A stretch of DNA of 64,000 bases from Tubiluchus corallicola (Eukaryota; Animalia; Priapulida). Positions 1 through 11,561 of this stretch are shown one piece after another (within the stretch, counting starts at the first letter, position 1; each line of letters starts with the position of its first letter). The notes beneath the pieces were generated by a model. The model searched no databases. It saw nothing but the letters and a program-made list of their open reading frames with translations, and was not told the DNA's origin. The translations under genes were made by a program, and so were the position numbers. The stretch covers positions 1 to 64,000 of the forward strand of contig JAQGDQ010000071.1 in the NCBI GenBank assembly GCA_030141605.1, given 5' to 3'.

Positions 1-288
1 AAGCTGAATTCTAAGTGACTTCAACTAAACATTTATAATAAAATTATTTTCCCACCATTTCAGAAACACCAATATGTCAATATGAAAAAAAATTAATTAT
101 TAATGATATAGAGTTGAAGAGTGGTAAAGAGTTAAAATATTGGAAATCAATTTTTATTCTTGTCTATATGATTTTAACACTGTTTTTGACATTTCATGCT
201 GAATTTGTACTTCTTTCAAGAAATTTGACAAGGGATAGCATAATTTTTGAGATAACATGGTCATTAATCTTGTTTTTGTTCCCGGAAG

Positions 289-471
289 TTGCGTGTCATG
301 CAGGTTTTGAGGCAGCCGGACATCAAATTAAAAGCTGTTATCTTCTTGGACTCGAAAGGATGAATGTTAATCAGGCGAAGACGTACTGTGAGTACATTGA
401 CAGTCAACTGTTGAGTTTAGAGACACAAGATGAATATACAGATGTGGTAACGTGGCTCAATAAGAAAAAAG
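289..471 (+). CDS. Lectin-EGF-CCP gene exon 1 (in window): N-terminal half of CTLD A
   Basis: AG at 287-288, donor G|GTATAA; phase 1-1; VACHAGF..SCYLLG..AKTYCEYIDSQLLSLETQDEY..WL is a typical CTLD N-half. Confidence 0.85.
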
Positions 472-885
472 GTATAAAGTTTTATTAAATTTTAAAATGA
501 ATTTTGTGCAATAAATTCGTGACTCATAAAAAAATTGCATGATTTTCCTTGCGTTCGTTAACGTTTGATGGTACCACCATCGCCGTACCTGGTCATTCAA
601 AATAGAGAGGGCAGTATAATACATACCCTTAGCCAGAACCCGCCACTCTTGCCTTATTGGCTATATCTCCCGAAAATGATCGCGTTAAAGCTATACCTTT
701 AAAACACACTAGGAAGGTTCCGTTCAACGAAAAGCTACCAAATATTGTTTAACAGCTTTGGAAATTGTTTTGAACATCAGAAACATGGTGTTTTGTGATT
801 GGATGCCACGTAATCATTTAAACATCACAGCAGAATGACTAAACACACATAACATTCCTAGTTAACACAATAATTTACTGACTTT

Positions 886-1724
886 AAACATGATCTTCTG
901 CAAGCCATGTTGTTGGCATTAAACAAGATCTTCTGCAAGCCATGTTGCTGGCATTAAATAAAACCTTCTGCAAGCCATGTTGTTGGCATTAAATGAATTT
1001 TTCTGTAAGCCATGTTGTTGGCATTAAACAAGATCATCTGCAAGCCATGTTGTTGGCATTAAACATGATCTTCTGTAAGACATGTTGTTGGCATTAAACA
1101 AGATCTTCTGCAAGCCGTGTTGTTGGCATTAAATAAAATCTTCTGCAAGCCATGTTGTTGGCTTTAAACAAGATCTTCTGCAAGCCATGTTGCTGGCATT
1201 AAATAAGGTCTGTTGCAAGCCATGTTGTTGGCATTAAATAAGATCTACTGCAAGCCATGTTGTTGGCATTAAATAAGATCTACTGCAAGCCATGTTGTTG
1301 GCATTAAGTAAGATCTACTGCAAGCCATGTTGTTGGTATTAAACAAGATCTTCTGCAAGCCGTGTTGTTGGCATTAAATAAAATCTTTTGTAAGCCATGT
1401 TGTTGGCATTAAACAAGATCTACTGCAAGCCATGTTGTTTGCACTAAGTAAGATCTACTGCAAGCCATGTTGTTGGCATTAAACAAGATGTTCTGCAAGC
1501 CATGTTGTTGGCATTAAATAAGATCTACTGCAAGCCATGTTGTTGGCATTAAGTAAGATCTACTGCAAGCCATGTTGCTGGCATTAAATAAAATCTTCTG
1601 CAAGCCATGTTGTTGACATTAAATAAATTTTTCTGTAAGCCATGTTGTTGGCATTAAACAAGATCTTCTGCAAGCCATGTTGTTGGCATTAAACATGATC
1701 TTCTGCAAGCCATGTTGTTGGCAA
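886..1724. repeat. 35-bp minisatellite, about 24 copies
   Basis: Unit aaacaagatcttctgcaagccatgttgttggcatt. Confidence 0.95.
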
Positions 1725-1783
1725 CCTACCTACTAATAAGTAGCACTTATTCGTAATCGATAATCTATATCAAAAACTTTTAG

Positions 1784-1999
1784 TTGATATGGCATTGGGT
1801 ACATTCACTGTTTGGACAAGTGGTTACCTGTCTGATGGAGAATGGACGTGGACTTCAACAGGAAAAAAGGTCACATTCACTGAATGGCATGAAGATGAAC
1901 CGGATGGGAGTGGAAACGTTCTTGTGTTGCGCAGTAATTTCGGATTTGACATGGATGTTGATCAAGCCGACCCAGAGTTTCGTCCTGTATGCGAAAAAG
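1784..1999 (+). CDS. Exon 2: C-terminal half of CTLD A (EPD motif)
   Basis: tttag acceptor, G|GTATTT donor; VWTSG..WTWTSTG..F.EWH..EPD..RPVCEK; in frame with exon 1. Confidence 0.88.
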
Positions 2000-2397
2000 G
2001 TATTTTAGCTTGTTAATATTATGAGTTAGGAACTTGTTCTTCAAGATTTGGCACTTTTTCAGTATGATGATGTAATGGTATTTAGTAGAATGCTGCATAG
2101 CTCTACAAGCTAAATGGCTTAATTCCATAATCCACAAAATAAATTTCGTACAATGCTGCATTGCTTTACATAGCTAAATGGTTTAGTTCCGTAATCATCT
2201 TTGAAATCTTATTAAGACCATTTCCGGAACAAGGTACAAATGTACACATTCTAATTTTATGCACGTCACGCAATTATATTTGTATTTGTTTATCACATTT
2301 TAATTCATCTAAACAAAAATAATTTATTCATATAATATTATGTAAGTTTAGTATTACTCATATAGTATTATTCAAGTAAATATATATAGTATGCAAA

Positions 2398-2473
<76 letters not shown>

Positions 2474-2619
2474 TCTGCATACTTATATATATATATATAT
2501 ATATATATACTTGAATAATACTATAAGAGTAATACTAGTATGTGGCAAATTATGCTTCGTCTTTACTTTCTGTTTAAATTGAAAAGTCATTTTTAGCTAC
2601 TTGAAGTGTTAATTTCAAG

Positions 2620-3625
2620 GATCCAATTGATACAAATGACTGGTCTTGAGTATATTCTGTCCTGTGAACTCTTCTTTGAAATGTATGTGCTCTACATTTC
2701 TAATAATTTCTTCCTTAGCCTTCATTAGTTCTTTCAAAGAAAGGGCAGTGTGCTTTGAAATAGCATTTATCTTCTTAAGTCTCTCAACAGCCATTTAAGA
2801 CGCAGGTGATAAGCTACACTTTTTAGCTGATGTAGATTTTAATAATGCTTGCACAACATGTCAATGTCGTTATCACCCTTTTCTACTGCATTAGATGTGT
2901 GAGCCACGATAGGAATTTTCTTTACTTCAGTATCATCTGAGAAATTTTTGCTTTTGATACTATCCTCGATCTTTGGCCATTTCTCTCGCTTACTCTTAAG
3001 AAATTCGGGCCGTTTATCCACCTGTTTTCCTTCACCAATTCCAATGCTGAAATTCCCCGTGTCGCTTCCTCTGCTGGATTATTTGCTCCTTGTAGACGGT
3101 GCTGCCATTTTTGTGGTGACATTAGCCCCGAAATGACAGCCAACGATGGGCTACCAAGGTTTTGTATCTTGTCACTTCATTGATGCCATTGTTGTGGTGA
3201 AGTTAGTTCCTGAATGACAGCCAAACGCTTGGCAAAAAAGGTTTTGTTTCTTGTCACTTCATTGATGCCATTGTTGTGGTGAAGTTAGTTCCTGAATGAC
3301 AGCCATACGATTGGCAACAAAGGTTTTGTTTCTTGTCACTTCATTGATGCCATTATTGTGGTGAAGTTAGTTCCTGAATGACAGCCATACGATTGGCAAC
3401 AAAGGTTTTGTATCTTGTCACTTCATTGATGCCATTGTTGTGGTGAAGTTAGTTCCTGAATGACAGCCATACGATTGGCAACAAAGGTTTTGTATCTTGT
3501 CACTTCATTGATGCCATTGTTGTGGTGAAGTTAGTTCCTGAATGACAGCCATACGATTGGCAACAAAGGTTTTGTATCGTGTCACTTCATTGTTTAAATA
3601 GCCTAATACTATTAAGTGTTTAGAT
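2620..3625 (-). mobile_element. Degenerate BEL/Pao LTR retrotransposon pol fragment (RNase H region)
   Basis: IVLGYLNNEVTRYKTFVANRMAVIQELTSPQQWH..NPAEEATRG..WINGPNFL matches Pao FVANRV..WRHV..NPAD.ASRG..W..GP.FL; frameshifts and stops. Confidence 0.85.
3105..3592. repeat. 82-bp tandem repeat, about 6 copies, within the Pao fragment
   Basis: ggttttgt recurs at 3158, 3240, 3322, 3404, 3486, 3568. Confidence 0.95.
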
Positions 3626-3682
3626 AAGCCGAGTTTTTTCCAAGTTTTTTTAGTGTTTTCATTTCATTCGTTTCTATTGCAG

Positions 3683-3775
3683 ATTTTAAATATGATGAAA
3701 AAGCTCACATTACTGGAGGAGAAGGAGAGTCATTTTCAGATCCTGTCACTGTCAGTGCTTACATCAGTCCTGAAG
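3683..3775 (+). CDS. Exon 3: 31-codon linker (DFKYDEKAHITGGEGESFSDPVTVSAYISPE) with GC donor
   Basis: Strong acceptor tttctattgcag; open 93-nt phase 1-1 exon ending GAAG|GCAAG (GC-type donor). Confidence 0.6.
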
Positions 3776-4679
3776 GCAAGGGCTTAAACTTTTATACCAT
3801 TCTAATCGTTGTATATGAAAAATGTATCAGACTTTGAAGTTTGACTTCCAGCAACGATCCAGTGGCTCTTTTGATTGACTTTTAAAACGGATTTTGAATA
3901 ATCAACTGTTCTGGTTCGTTTTCTGTACTTGTGTGTTAAAAAAGAATTACTTAGTGTTGAGTAAAATTTAATTCTAAGATGTAGTACGAGACCAGTAGTA
4001 GTTTCTGTGTTGCAATTGAAGCAAAATAGCATTTTGAATACAAATAAATTCAAATTTCATTAAATACAATTAAAAGGAAAAGTTATAGTTGCTTGAAAGT
4101 CGGGTTTATTTTAATGATCATAAAAGAATTTTTTAGAACTTCTGGGAACTCAGCATAGCATTTTGAGTAATTAGTAAAACATTTCACACCTGGGGACGAC
4201 CAATTTCAACAAATAATGACGTCGTGGCCAGCAAAAAGTTAGCTCAATACAAAGGCAAAATGCTAACATTTTTACAAAAAATAATTTTGCAATTTTCTCA
4301 AAATAGTAGGTAAAAGAATGTTATTTTATGTTCTTTTACCTAAAATTTTGATATAATTGCAGAATTAGACACTGAAGAGCTCTGGTCTTATATCTTTCTA
4401 TTTAGTTACTGTATGACTGCATATACCTGTACACTGTGCAATAAATGCTGAAGCTTTACCATCATGGTCTTAGTATTATTTAAAGCATTATTGCTTTAAT
4501 ATGTAGGCTTGCATTGTATAGAAATATAAAGAAATTTAAAAAAGAATTAGCTTTGCAAGAACGAAATATTCGATCATTTTTTATGCTGCCCAGCAGCTTG
4601 GTCACAGTTTCTCCAATGTGTAAAAATAGCACGGTCGCTTTCATCTTTTAAGTTTCAACAAGCCTCTTCACAAGTCTAG

Positions 4680-5042
4680 CGATTGATGATGATCGTGAAA
4701 AGGTCAACGGTTAAGTGTGCCAGCTACGCATTTGTGTTCGCTTGACAACGCAGCCCATGCTATTGTAAAAGTAACAATTTTAACAGCTAATTATAACCTT
4801 ACCTAGTTCATTTTTTCTTATTCCCAAGCAAGATGTGCTAGTAAATCACTCTATGAACAGACTAATGCAGAATTAAGTAAAATCCACGTCAAACAACCGA
4901 AGTTACTGAACTGATGCGACACACGGCTTTGCTTTACACACGTCACATGATGGTTGCAACTAACACGTGTTGCGCTGGTGCAATTAACGTCTGACCTTCA
5001 ACAACTGCGCCAGCACACAACGAAACTCTGGAAAGGCTTATT
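4680..5042. repeat. Interspersed repeat (second copy at about 43874-44240)
   Basis: Shared gattgatgatgatcgtgaaaaggtcaa...accttacctagttcatttttt...aaggcttatt. Confidence 0.8.
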
Positions 5043-5484
5043 AAAGGCTTTCACGTGCTTTAAGTAATGCATAATCTGCAAACTTTACTTTACTGATCAA
5101 TTTACTAGGATTATTTTGATTTCAATTTAAAACCTAATAAGTCATGCTAATAAATTATATTATTATTATTATTATTATTATTAATATTAATATTAATATT
5201 AGTATTATTATTATTATTATTGTTGTTATTAATAATATTATTATTGCTATTGCTATTGTTATTGTTATTATTATTATTATTATTATTATCATTATTATTA
5301 TGAACAATCAGAGCCTTGATGAAAGTTTTGAAAACCTGATCCGATTCTTACAGTCTGTGTTGTTTTGCATGAGTGTCAGAACTTTGGTTCTATAATTAAC
5401 GTCCATTAAGGTTTTATAATAAAGTTTAAAATAATTAGTCAGCTTCGGTTTTATGAGCTAATCACATTTTTCTTTTTTCTGCAG

Positions 5485-5673
5485 AAGTTGTGTGTCCACC
5501 AGGGTTTAAATCACTGAAGCTACGGCAGGGCATGCACTGCTATCACTTCGGAAGTGGTCCTAATAACAGAGATGAATCATTTGATTACTGCGCTAATCTT
5601 AACAGTCAGTTACTGAGTACTGAAACAGGAGAAGAATATGAGGCTGTGGTTGCATGGCTCAAAGATGAACACG
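5485..5673 (+). CDS. Exon 4: N-terminal half of CTLD B
   Basis: Polypyrimidine tract plus CAG/AAG tandem acceptor; CPPGF..HCYHF..DYCANLNSQLLSTETGEEY..WL; donor G|GTATAA. Confidence 0.9.
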
Positions 5674-5901
5674 GTATAAAAAATTGTTATCTAGACTTTT
5701 CGACTTGCAGGTATTTACTAACAAATTTTGGTAGTATGTAAATAGGTAACTTTATCTTAATAGGTAGGTTAATAGTAATATGTAGTATGTAACTTTTATA
5801 CAAGCATGTTCACTGACTGGGGACCCTTTCCTTTTAAAAAAATTCATTCGTTGGTAAAAGGAAAATTTCCGTCAATTGAAGACTGAATGAATCGGACTTT
5901 G

Positions 5902-6290
5902 TTTAAAGGAAAACAGGATGATTTTTCACGTCCTACCTTAGTTTGAAGCATGATACAAATTAAATTAAACACCTATAATAATGCCAAATCTTTTTTGATA
6001 ATTAATTAACAAATTAAAAACTTAATTATAAGTTAATGCCAGCGAGTCCAACTATTGACATCACAAACTAATATGATTTTCAACAGCGCAAGCATTCCAT
6101 TAGCGTGTTGCATGTGTTTGCGAAAGCAAAAATTTCAGTACAGTATTACTGTATGAAATACAATGTGATGCACAAAACTTCAGTTTTAAAATTTTAATTT
6201 CAATGTTAAGTTTAAAATGTAATATTCAAGTTCACTGCTGTGCGCCTGCATGAGCTCTCGAACGTGTGCACTACATCACAAGTGAACACC
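5902..6290 (+). mobile_element. Partial copy of TTAA-flanked MITE (Kolobok-like)
   Basis: ttaaaggaaaacaggatgatttttca start, similar to 12420 and 15958-16505. Confidence 0.65.
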
Positions 6291-6859
6291 TATGCACTGA
6301 GAGGTGCTGTACTCATTTTTCGTTTTCTTTTTTGGGGGGCAACGTGGTTCTGAGATGCAGGCGCTAGTACCCATCTAACTAGTGAATAGTAAAATGCATA
6401 AAATCAGGAGTAAGAAATATTCCATGTGGGTGTGGGCGAGTTGGAGTGTCACTCCATCTGAGGAGGCCCTGTCGTGTTGACAAAACGTATAACAGTAGAA
6501 TATACTTTAAACGTTTATTGATATAGAAGTTTCCACAGAAATATAGGCAAAAAGATGTCTGCATATAACGTCTTGCAAAAGTCAACTAGTAGTATAGACT
6601 TTAGCAAAGGTAGCATTTTTAGAATAGGTAACAGATAGATAGAAGCCATACTACTACAGTAATAGCGGTTTTACATGTTATTAATCTAATTGCAAATTAA
6701 ATGTATTTTTTATGATTTTCGGTCGTTCACAACGACCTGCCCATAATTTCATTACCTTAGCTGCCCCAAATGATCATAATATCAGCCAAAATGACAGAAG
6801 AAGTAAGAAAATGGTTTTGTTAACTAAAACTGGTGATCAGTAGTTATTAATAACTTCAG

Positions 6860-7078
6860 CTGACATGCCGTATGGAGGAGTTTGGACAACCGGTTATCGT
6901 AATGAAGGAGATCATTTAACGTATTACTGGAAGTCGACAGGGAAAGAGTTAGAGTTCAGTGCTTGGGCCCCGGATCAGCCATGGGGAAACGGATATTTCA
7001 TATGGTTGCCGGAAGCCCTTGAATTTAAAATGGATGATATCGTTTCTGGTGAAGACCATCATCCTGTGTGTGAAAAAG
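6860..7078 (+). CDS. Exon 5: C-terminal half of CTLD B (QPW motif)
   Basis: ttcag acceptor; VWTTG..YYWKSTG..FSAWAPDQPW..HPVCEK; donor G|GTAATT. Confidence 0.9.
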
Positions 7079-7715
7079 GTAATTATCCCCATAATTTCAG
7101 GATCTTACATACAGGCTTTACACTGATCCTATTTCAGCCTCTCGTTTTGCATTGTGTAGAGAAAATCCGAATCAAAATGAACTGCTTTCTAGTTTCTAGC
7201 GCGAAAAATATGTACAGTGCACATTTTCTTCATAATTTGATGCTGGAATATAAAACACCAATATATTTTGTGCTTGTTTTTACAAAAAACAAAAAATTGA
7301 CATTTGACCAAATTTTTGGTAAATTCTAACTTGAATGGAGAATAACGTAGTTTCAACTATGCCAACTTGTGGACAGTGTTGGTTTGCAAGCACACATATA
7401 ATCATTATGTACTGGTCTTTTAACATTGTAAGCTGAATTCCAAGTGACTTCAACTAAACATTTATAATAAAATTATTTTCCCACCATTTCAGAAACACCA
7501 ATATGTCAATATGAAAAAAAAAATTATTAATGATATAGAGTTGAAGAGTGGTAAAGAGTTAAAATATTGGAAATCAATTTTTATTCTTGTCTATATGATT
7601 TTAACACTGTTTTTGACATTTCATGCTGAATTTGCACTTCTTTCAAGAAATTTGACAAGGGATAGCATAATTTTTGAGATAACATGGTCATTAATCTTGT
7701 TTTTGTTCCCGGAAG

Positions 7716-7898
7716 TTGCATGTCATGTGGGTTTTGAGTCAGCCGGACATCAAATTAAAAGCTGTTATCTTCTTGGACTCGAAAGGATGAATGTTAATCA
7801 GGCGAAGACGTACTGTGAGTACATTGACAGTCAACTGTTGAGTTTAGAGACACAAGATGAATATACAGATGTGGTAACGTGGCTCAATAAGAAAAAAG
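7716..7898 (+). CDS. Exon 6: N-terminal half of CTLD A' (duplicate of exon 1)
   Basis: 183 nt, 4 nt differences from 289-471, same splice sites. Confidence 0.85.
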
Positions 7899-8315
7899 GT
7901 ATAAAGTTTTATTAAATTTTAAAATGAATTTTGCGCAATAAATTCGTGACTCATAAAAAAATTGCATGATTTTCCTTGCGTTCGTTAACGTTTGATGGTA
8001 CCACCATCGCCGTACCTGGTCATTCAAAATAGAGAGGGCAGTATAATACATACCCTTAGCCAGAACCCGCCATTCTTTCCTTATTGGCTATATCTCCCGA
8101 AAATTATCGCGTTAAAGCTATACCATTAAAACACATTAGAAAGGTTCCGTTCAACGAAAAGCTGCCAAATATTGTTTAACAGCTTTGGAAATTGTTTTGA
8201 ACACCAGAAACGTGGTGTTTTGTGATTGCATGTGTCACGTTATCATTTAAATATCACACCAGAATGACAAGACACACATAACATTCCTAGTTAAGGCAAT
8301 AGTTTACGGACTTTC

Positions 8316-8867
8316 AACAAGATCTTCTACAAGCCATATTGCTGGCATTAAACATTCTGCAAGCCATGTTGCTGGCATTAAAAAAGATCTTCTGCAAGCC
8401 ATGTTGTTGGCATTAAACAAGATCTTCTGCATGCCAAGTTGCTGGCATTAAACAAGATCTTCTGCAAGCCATGTTGTTGGCATTAAATAAGATCTTCTGC
8501 AAGCCACGTTGTTGGCATTAAACAAGATCTACTACAAGCCATGTTGCTGGCATTAAATAAGATCTGCTGCAAGCCGTGCTGTTGGCATTAAATAAAATCT
8601 TTTGTAAGCCATGTTGTTGACATTAAACAAGATCTTCTGCAAGCCATGTTGTTGGCATTAAATAAGATCTTCTGCAAGCCATGTTGTTGGCATTAAATAA
8701 GATCTACTGCAAGCCATGTTGTTGGCATTAAATAAAATCTTTTGTAAGCCATGTTGTTGACATTAAACAAGATCTTCTGCAAGCCATGTTGCTGGCATTA
8801 AACAAGATCTTCTGCAAGCCATGTTGTTGGCATTAAATAAGATCTTGTGTAAGCCATGTTGTTGGCA
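8316..8867. repeat. 35-bp minisatellite, about 16 copies
   Basis: Same unit as 886-1724. Confidence 0.95.
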
Positions 8868-8927
8868 ATCCACCTACTAATAAGTAGCACTTAATCGTAA
8901 TCGATAATCTATATCAAAAACTTTTAG

Positions 8928-9143
8928 TTGATATGGCATTGGGTACATTCACTGTTTGGACAAGTGGTTACCTGTCTGATGGAGAATGGACGTGGACTTC
9001 AACAGGAAAAAAGGTCACATTCCCTGAATGGCATGATGGTGAACCGAGTGGGAATGGCGACGTTCTTGTGTTGTACGGTGATTTTGGATTTGACATGGAT
9101 GATAATGAAGCCAGTGCAGAGTTTCGTCCTGTATGCGAAAAAG
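8928..9143 (+). CDS. Exon 7: C-terminal half of CTLD A' (EPS motif; duplicate of exon 2)
   Basis: 216 nt, same splice sites as 1784-1999, open frame ending RPVCEK. Confidence 0.88.
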
Positions 9144-9500
9144 GTATTTTAGCTTGTTAATATTATGAGTTGGGAACTTGTTCTTCAAGATGTGGCACCT
9201 TTTCAGTATGTTTGATGATGTAATGGTATTTAGTAGAATGCTGCATAGCTCTACATAGCTAAATGGTTTAGGTCCGTAATCCATGAAATAACTAATCATC
9301 TTTGAAATCTTATTAAGACCATTTCAAGAACAAGGTACGCATGTACACTTTCTAATTTTATGCACGACACGCAATTATATTTGTATTTATTTATCACGTT
9401 TTAATTCATCTAAACAAAAATAATTTATTCATATAATATTATGTAAGTTTAGTATTACTCATATAGTATTATACAAGTAGTAATATATACAGTATGCAAA

Positions 9501-9543
<43 letters not shown>

Positions 9544-9673
9544 ATACATTTGCATACTATATATATCTACTTGAACATATATATATCTATATACATACAT
9601 ATGTATATTTGCACACTATATATATCTACTTGAATAATACTATATGAGTAATACTAGCATGTGACAAATTATG

Positions 9674-10052
9674 CTTCGTCTTTACTTTCTGTGTAAATTG
9701 GAAAGTCATTTTTTTAGCTACTTGTACAGACTCATTGTGTTCACCACTTTGGTTGCCACTCACGGTCCATCCCTGTATACGTAATTGACGTCAAACATAT
9801 TGGTCTATCGCTGCGCCTCCGCGGTAACGTAGGAACGCTCAGCAGCATTCGCGGCAACAGCTCACGCAGGACAACAACTGTCTAAGCTAAACTAAACTAA
9901 ACTAAACAACATGACAGTCACAACTAATGTCTAATCAGCAGATAAACTGATTGCTCTTTTTCATAAACACGAATTTGTAGAGCAGCAGCTATTTTTACAC
10001 GAAATTAACACTTCAAGTAGCCAAAAAATTTAAACAGAAAGTAGAGACGAAG
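9674..10052. mobile_element. MITE-like element with about 50-bp inverted ends
   Basis: cttcgtctttactttctg.. at 9674 is inverted at ..cagaaagtagagacgaag 10052. Confidence 0.6.
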
Positions 10053-11088
10053 TTTCAAAGCACTACAAAATACAGAGACATAAGTATAATAAAGAAACTA
10101 AGCCAGTTAGCCTTGCTTTACAGTAAATTAGCAACAAAAATATTAAGTCTTTCTTGCCTTTAAACATACGAACATCACGGCTGCCATGTATTTTTTCTAT
10201 ATTAACTGATCATGTGCTCGTCTGCAAGATTTAATCAGTTTTTGTATTTTTCCGTATGTCAGGCTACGGAAATGGAATAAATTTGACTGTTCCATTCCAT
10301 AGTCGACTCTTATATTGAATTCCCAAGTCACATAAGTCCTAGTGGTGTCTTCTAACCTTGAATATAAGGAGAAAAATAGCGTAAAATTAGCTAATATTAC
10401 ATTGATATATAATATAAGTTTTGATCACATTTGATTAATTTTGACTGAGAAGATCTCACTGAGGTTTATAAAAACTGGACAGAAAAGAAAACATTTTGTT
10501 TTGTCCTCATTTAAAGTTAATCAAATAGTTGTTTTTATCTAACTTGCAAACCCATAAACAAAACTAAACTGCATATTTTCTTGATTGCAAAATAGTTCAA
10601 TCAGCAACTCATAGACGTAAGCGTTGTGCATTTCTTCCTATAAACGAAACTAGACTATATATTTCCACTAATTCATTTGCAATTTCAGGGGTGTGTGACA
10701 TAACTTGCACGCTGATTGGGCAGTAAACGAAAATGATTGACATTATGTTAGACTTCATTTTCATTGCATTTTCATCATTATCACCTCATCGGTTTTATTT
10801 TTAATTTTTTTTAATATTTTTTAGTGTTTTTTATCTTTTACTTACATTACTTACTTACACCCTAATTTTACCCTCATGTCATCTCTATTCATTGTGCATC
10901 TCTTTTAACCTCCCCCCAACACTTAACAACACGCGCTGTATTGCAGTTGGGCTTTTAAAGTTCCAGCTTTTAGCTCAGCTGCAAACAGTTACATCATTTG
11001 TTCACTAATTAATTGCTCACATGACAAGTAATTGTAGTAAATTTTGTTTTCAGTTTGTATAGTTGTACGTAGTATATCTGATTATGAA

Positions 11089-11384
11089 CAGGGCCCATTT
11101 CAGCCTAAGCAAGGGCCAGGGAAATGGGGCGTGTGAGGCCCCCTCGGGGGGGGGTGTTGGCGCCCAGAAAATTTTTAACTGCTAGAACGCCGGAGAAGCA
11201 TTTTCGAGGGGAAAATATGGAGTTATACAGTTGTTAAAGGGATGAACAATTGAAAGAAAAACTGCTTTATTCTCAAGACCAGTCCTTAATACTTGTCAAA
11301 TAGTCAAATCACCTCGGCGCGAGGCCCACTGGAGGGTGAGGCCCCGGGGAAGTATCCCCACTTCCCTCCCTGATCATGGCCCTG
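11089..11384. mobile_element. hAT-like MITE
   Basis: CAGGGCC...GGCCCTG termini; imperfect 8-bp flanks attatgaa / atcatgta. Confidence 0.55.
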
Positions 11385-11561
11385 ATCATGTAATTGTAAT
11401 GGTGTTTTGGTCTAATGAACAAAAGGACTGTATGGTCGTATTTCACCTTCTTTTGCTGTACATTGATGCAGTACTATTACTGTCCATGTGTGCAAAATAA
11501 AATGATTCTCATTCTTATTTACGTGAAACAAACCTGCTGTAATATAATGTTATAATGTTAT

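Larger units (their letters stand above)
1..2603 (+). repeat. Segmental duplication copy 1 (CTLD A exons plus introns)
   Basis: Near-identical to 7430-9724; runs off the left window edge. Confidence 0.95.
7430..9724 (+). repeat. Segmental duplication copy 2
   Basis: Near-identical to 1-2603 apart from repeat copy number and the lectin loop. Confidence 0.95.

Noticed and set aside
114-288. Hydrophobic signal/TM-like N-terminus of ORFs 114-488 and 7511-7915
   Set aside because: T-rich intron read-through; the copy at 7511 lies in the intron after an in-phase CTLD exon
1879-9120. DGR-like template/variable repeat pair: C-type lectin fold with 15 of 20 differences involving adenine
   Set aside because: The A is in copy 1 at nine sites and in copy 2 at six, five changes involve no A, both copies are spliced exons inside a longer duplication, and no DGR reverse transcriptase is visible
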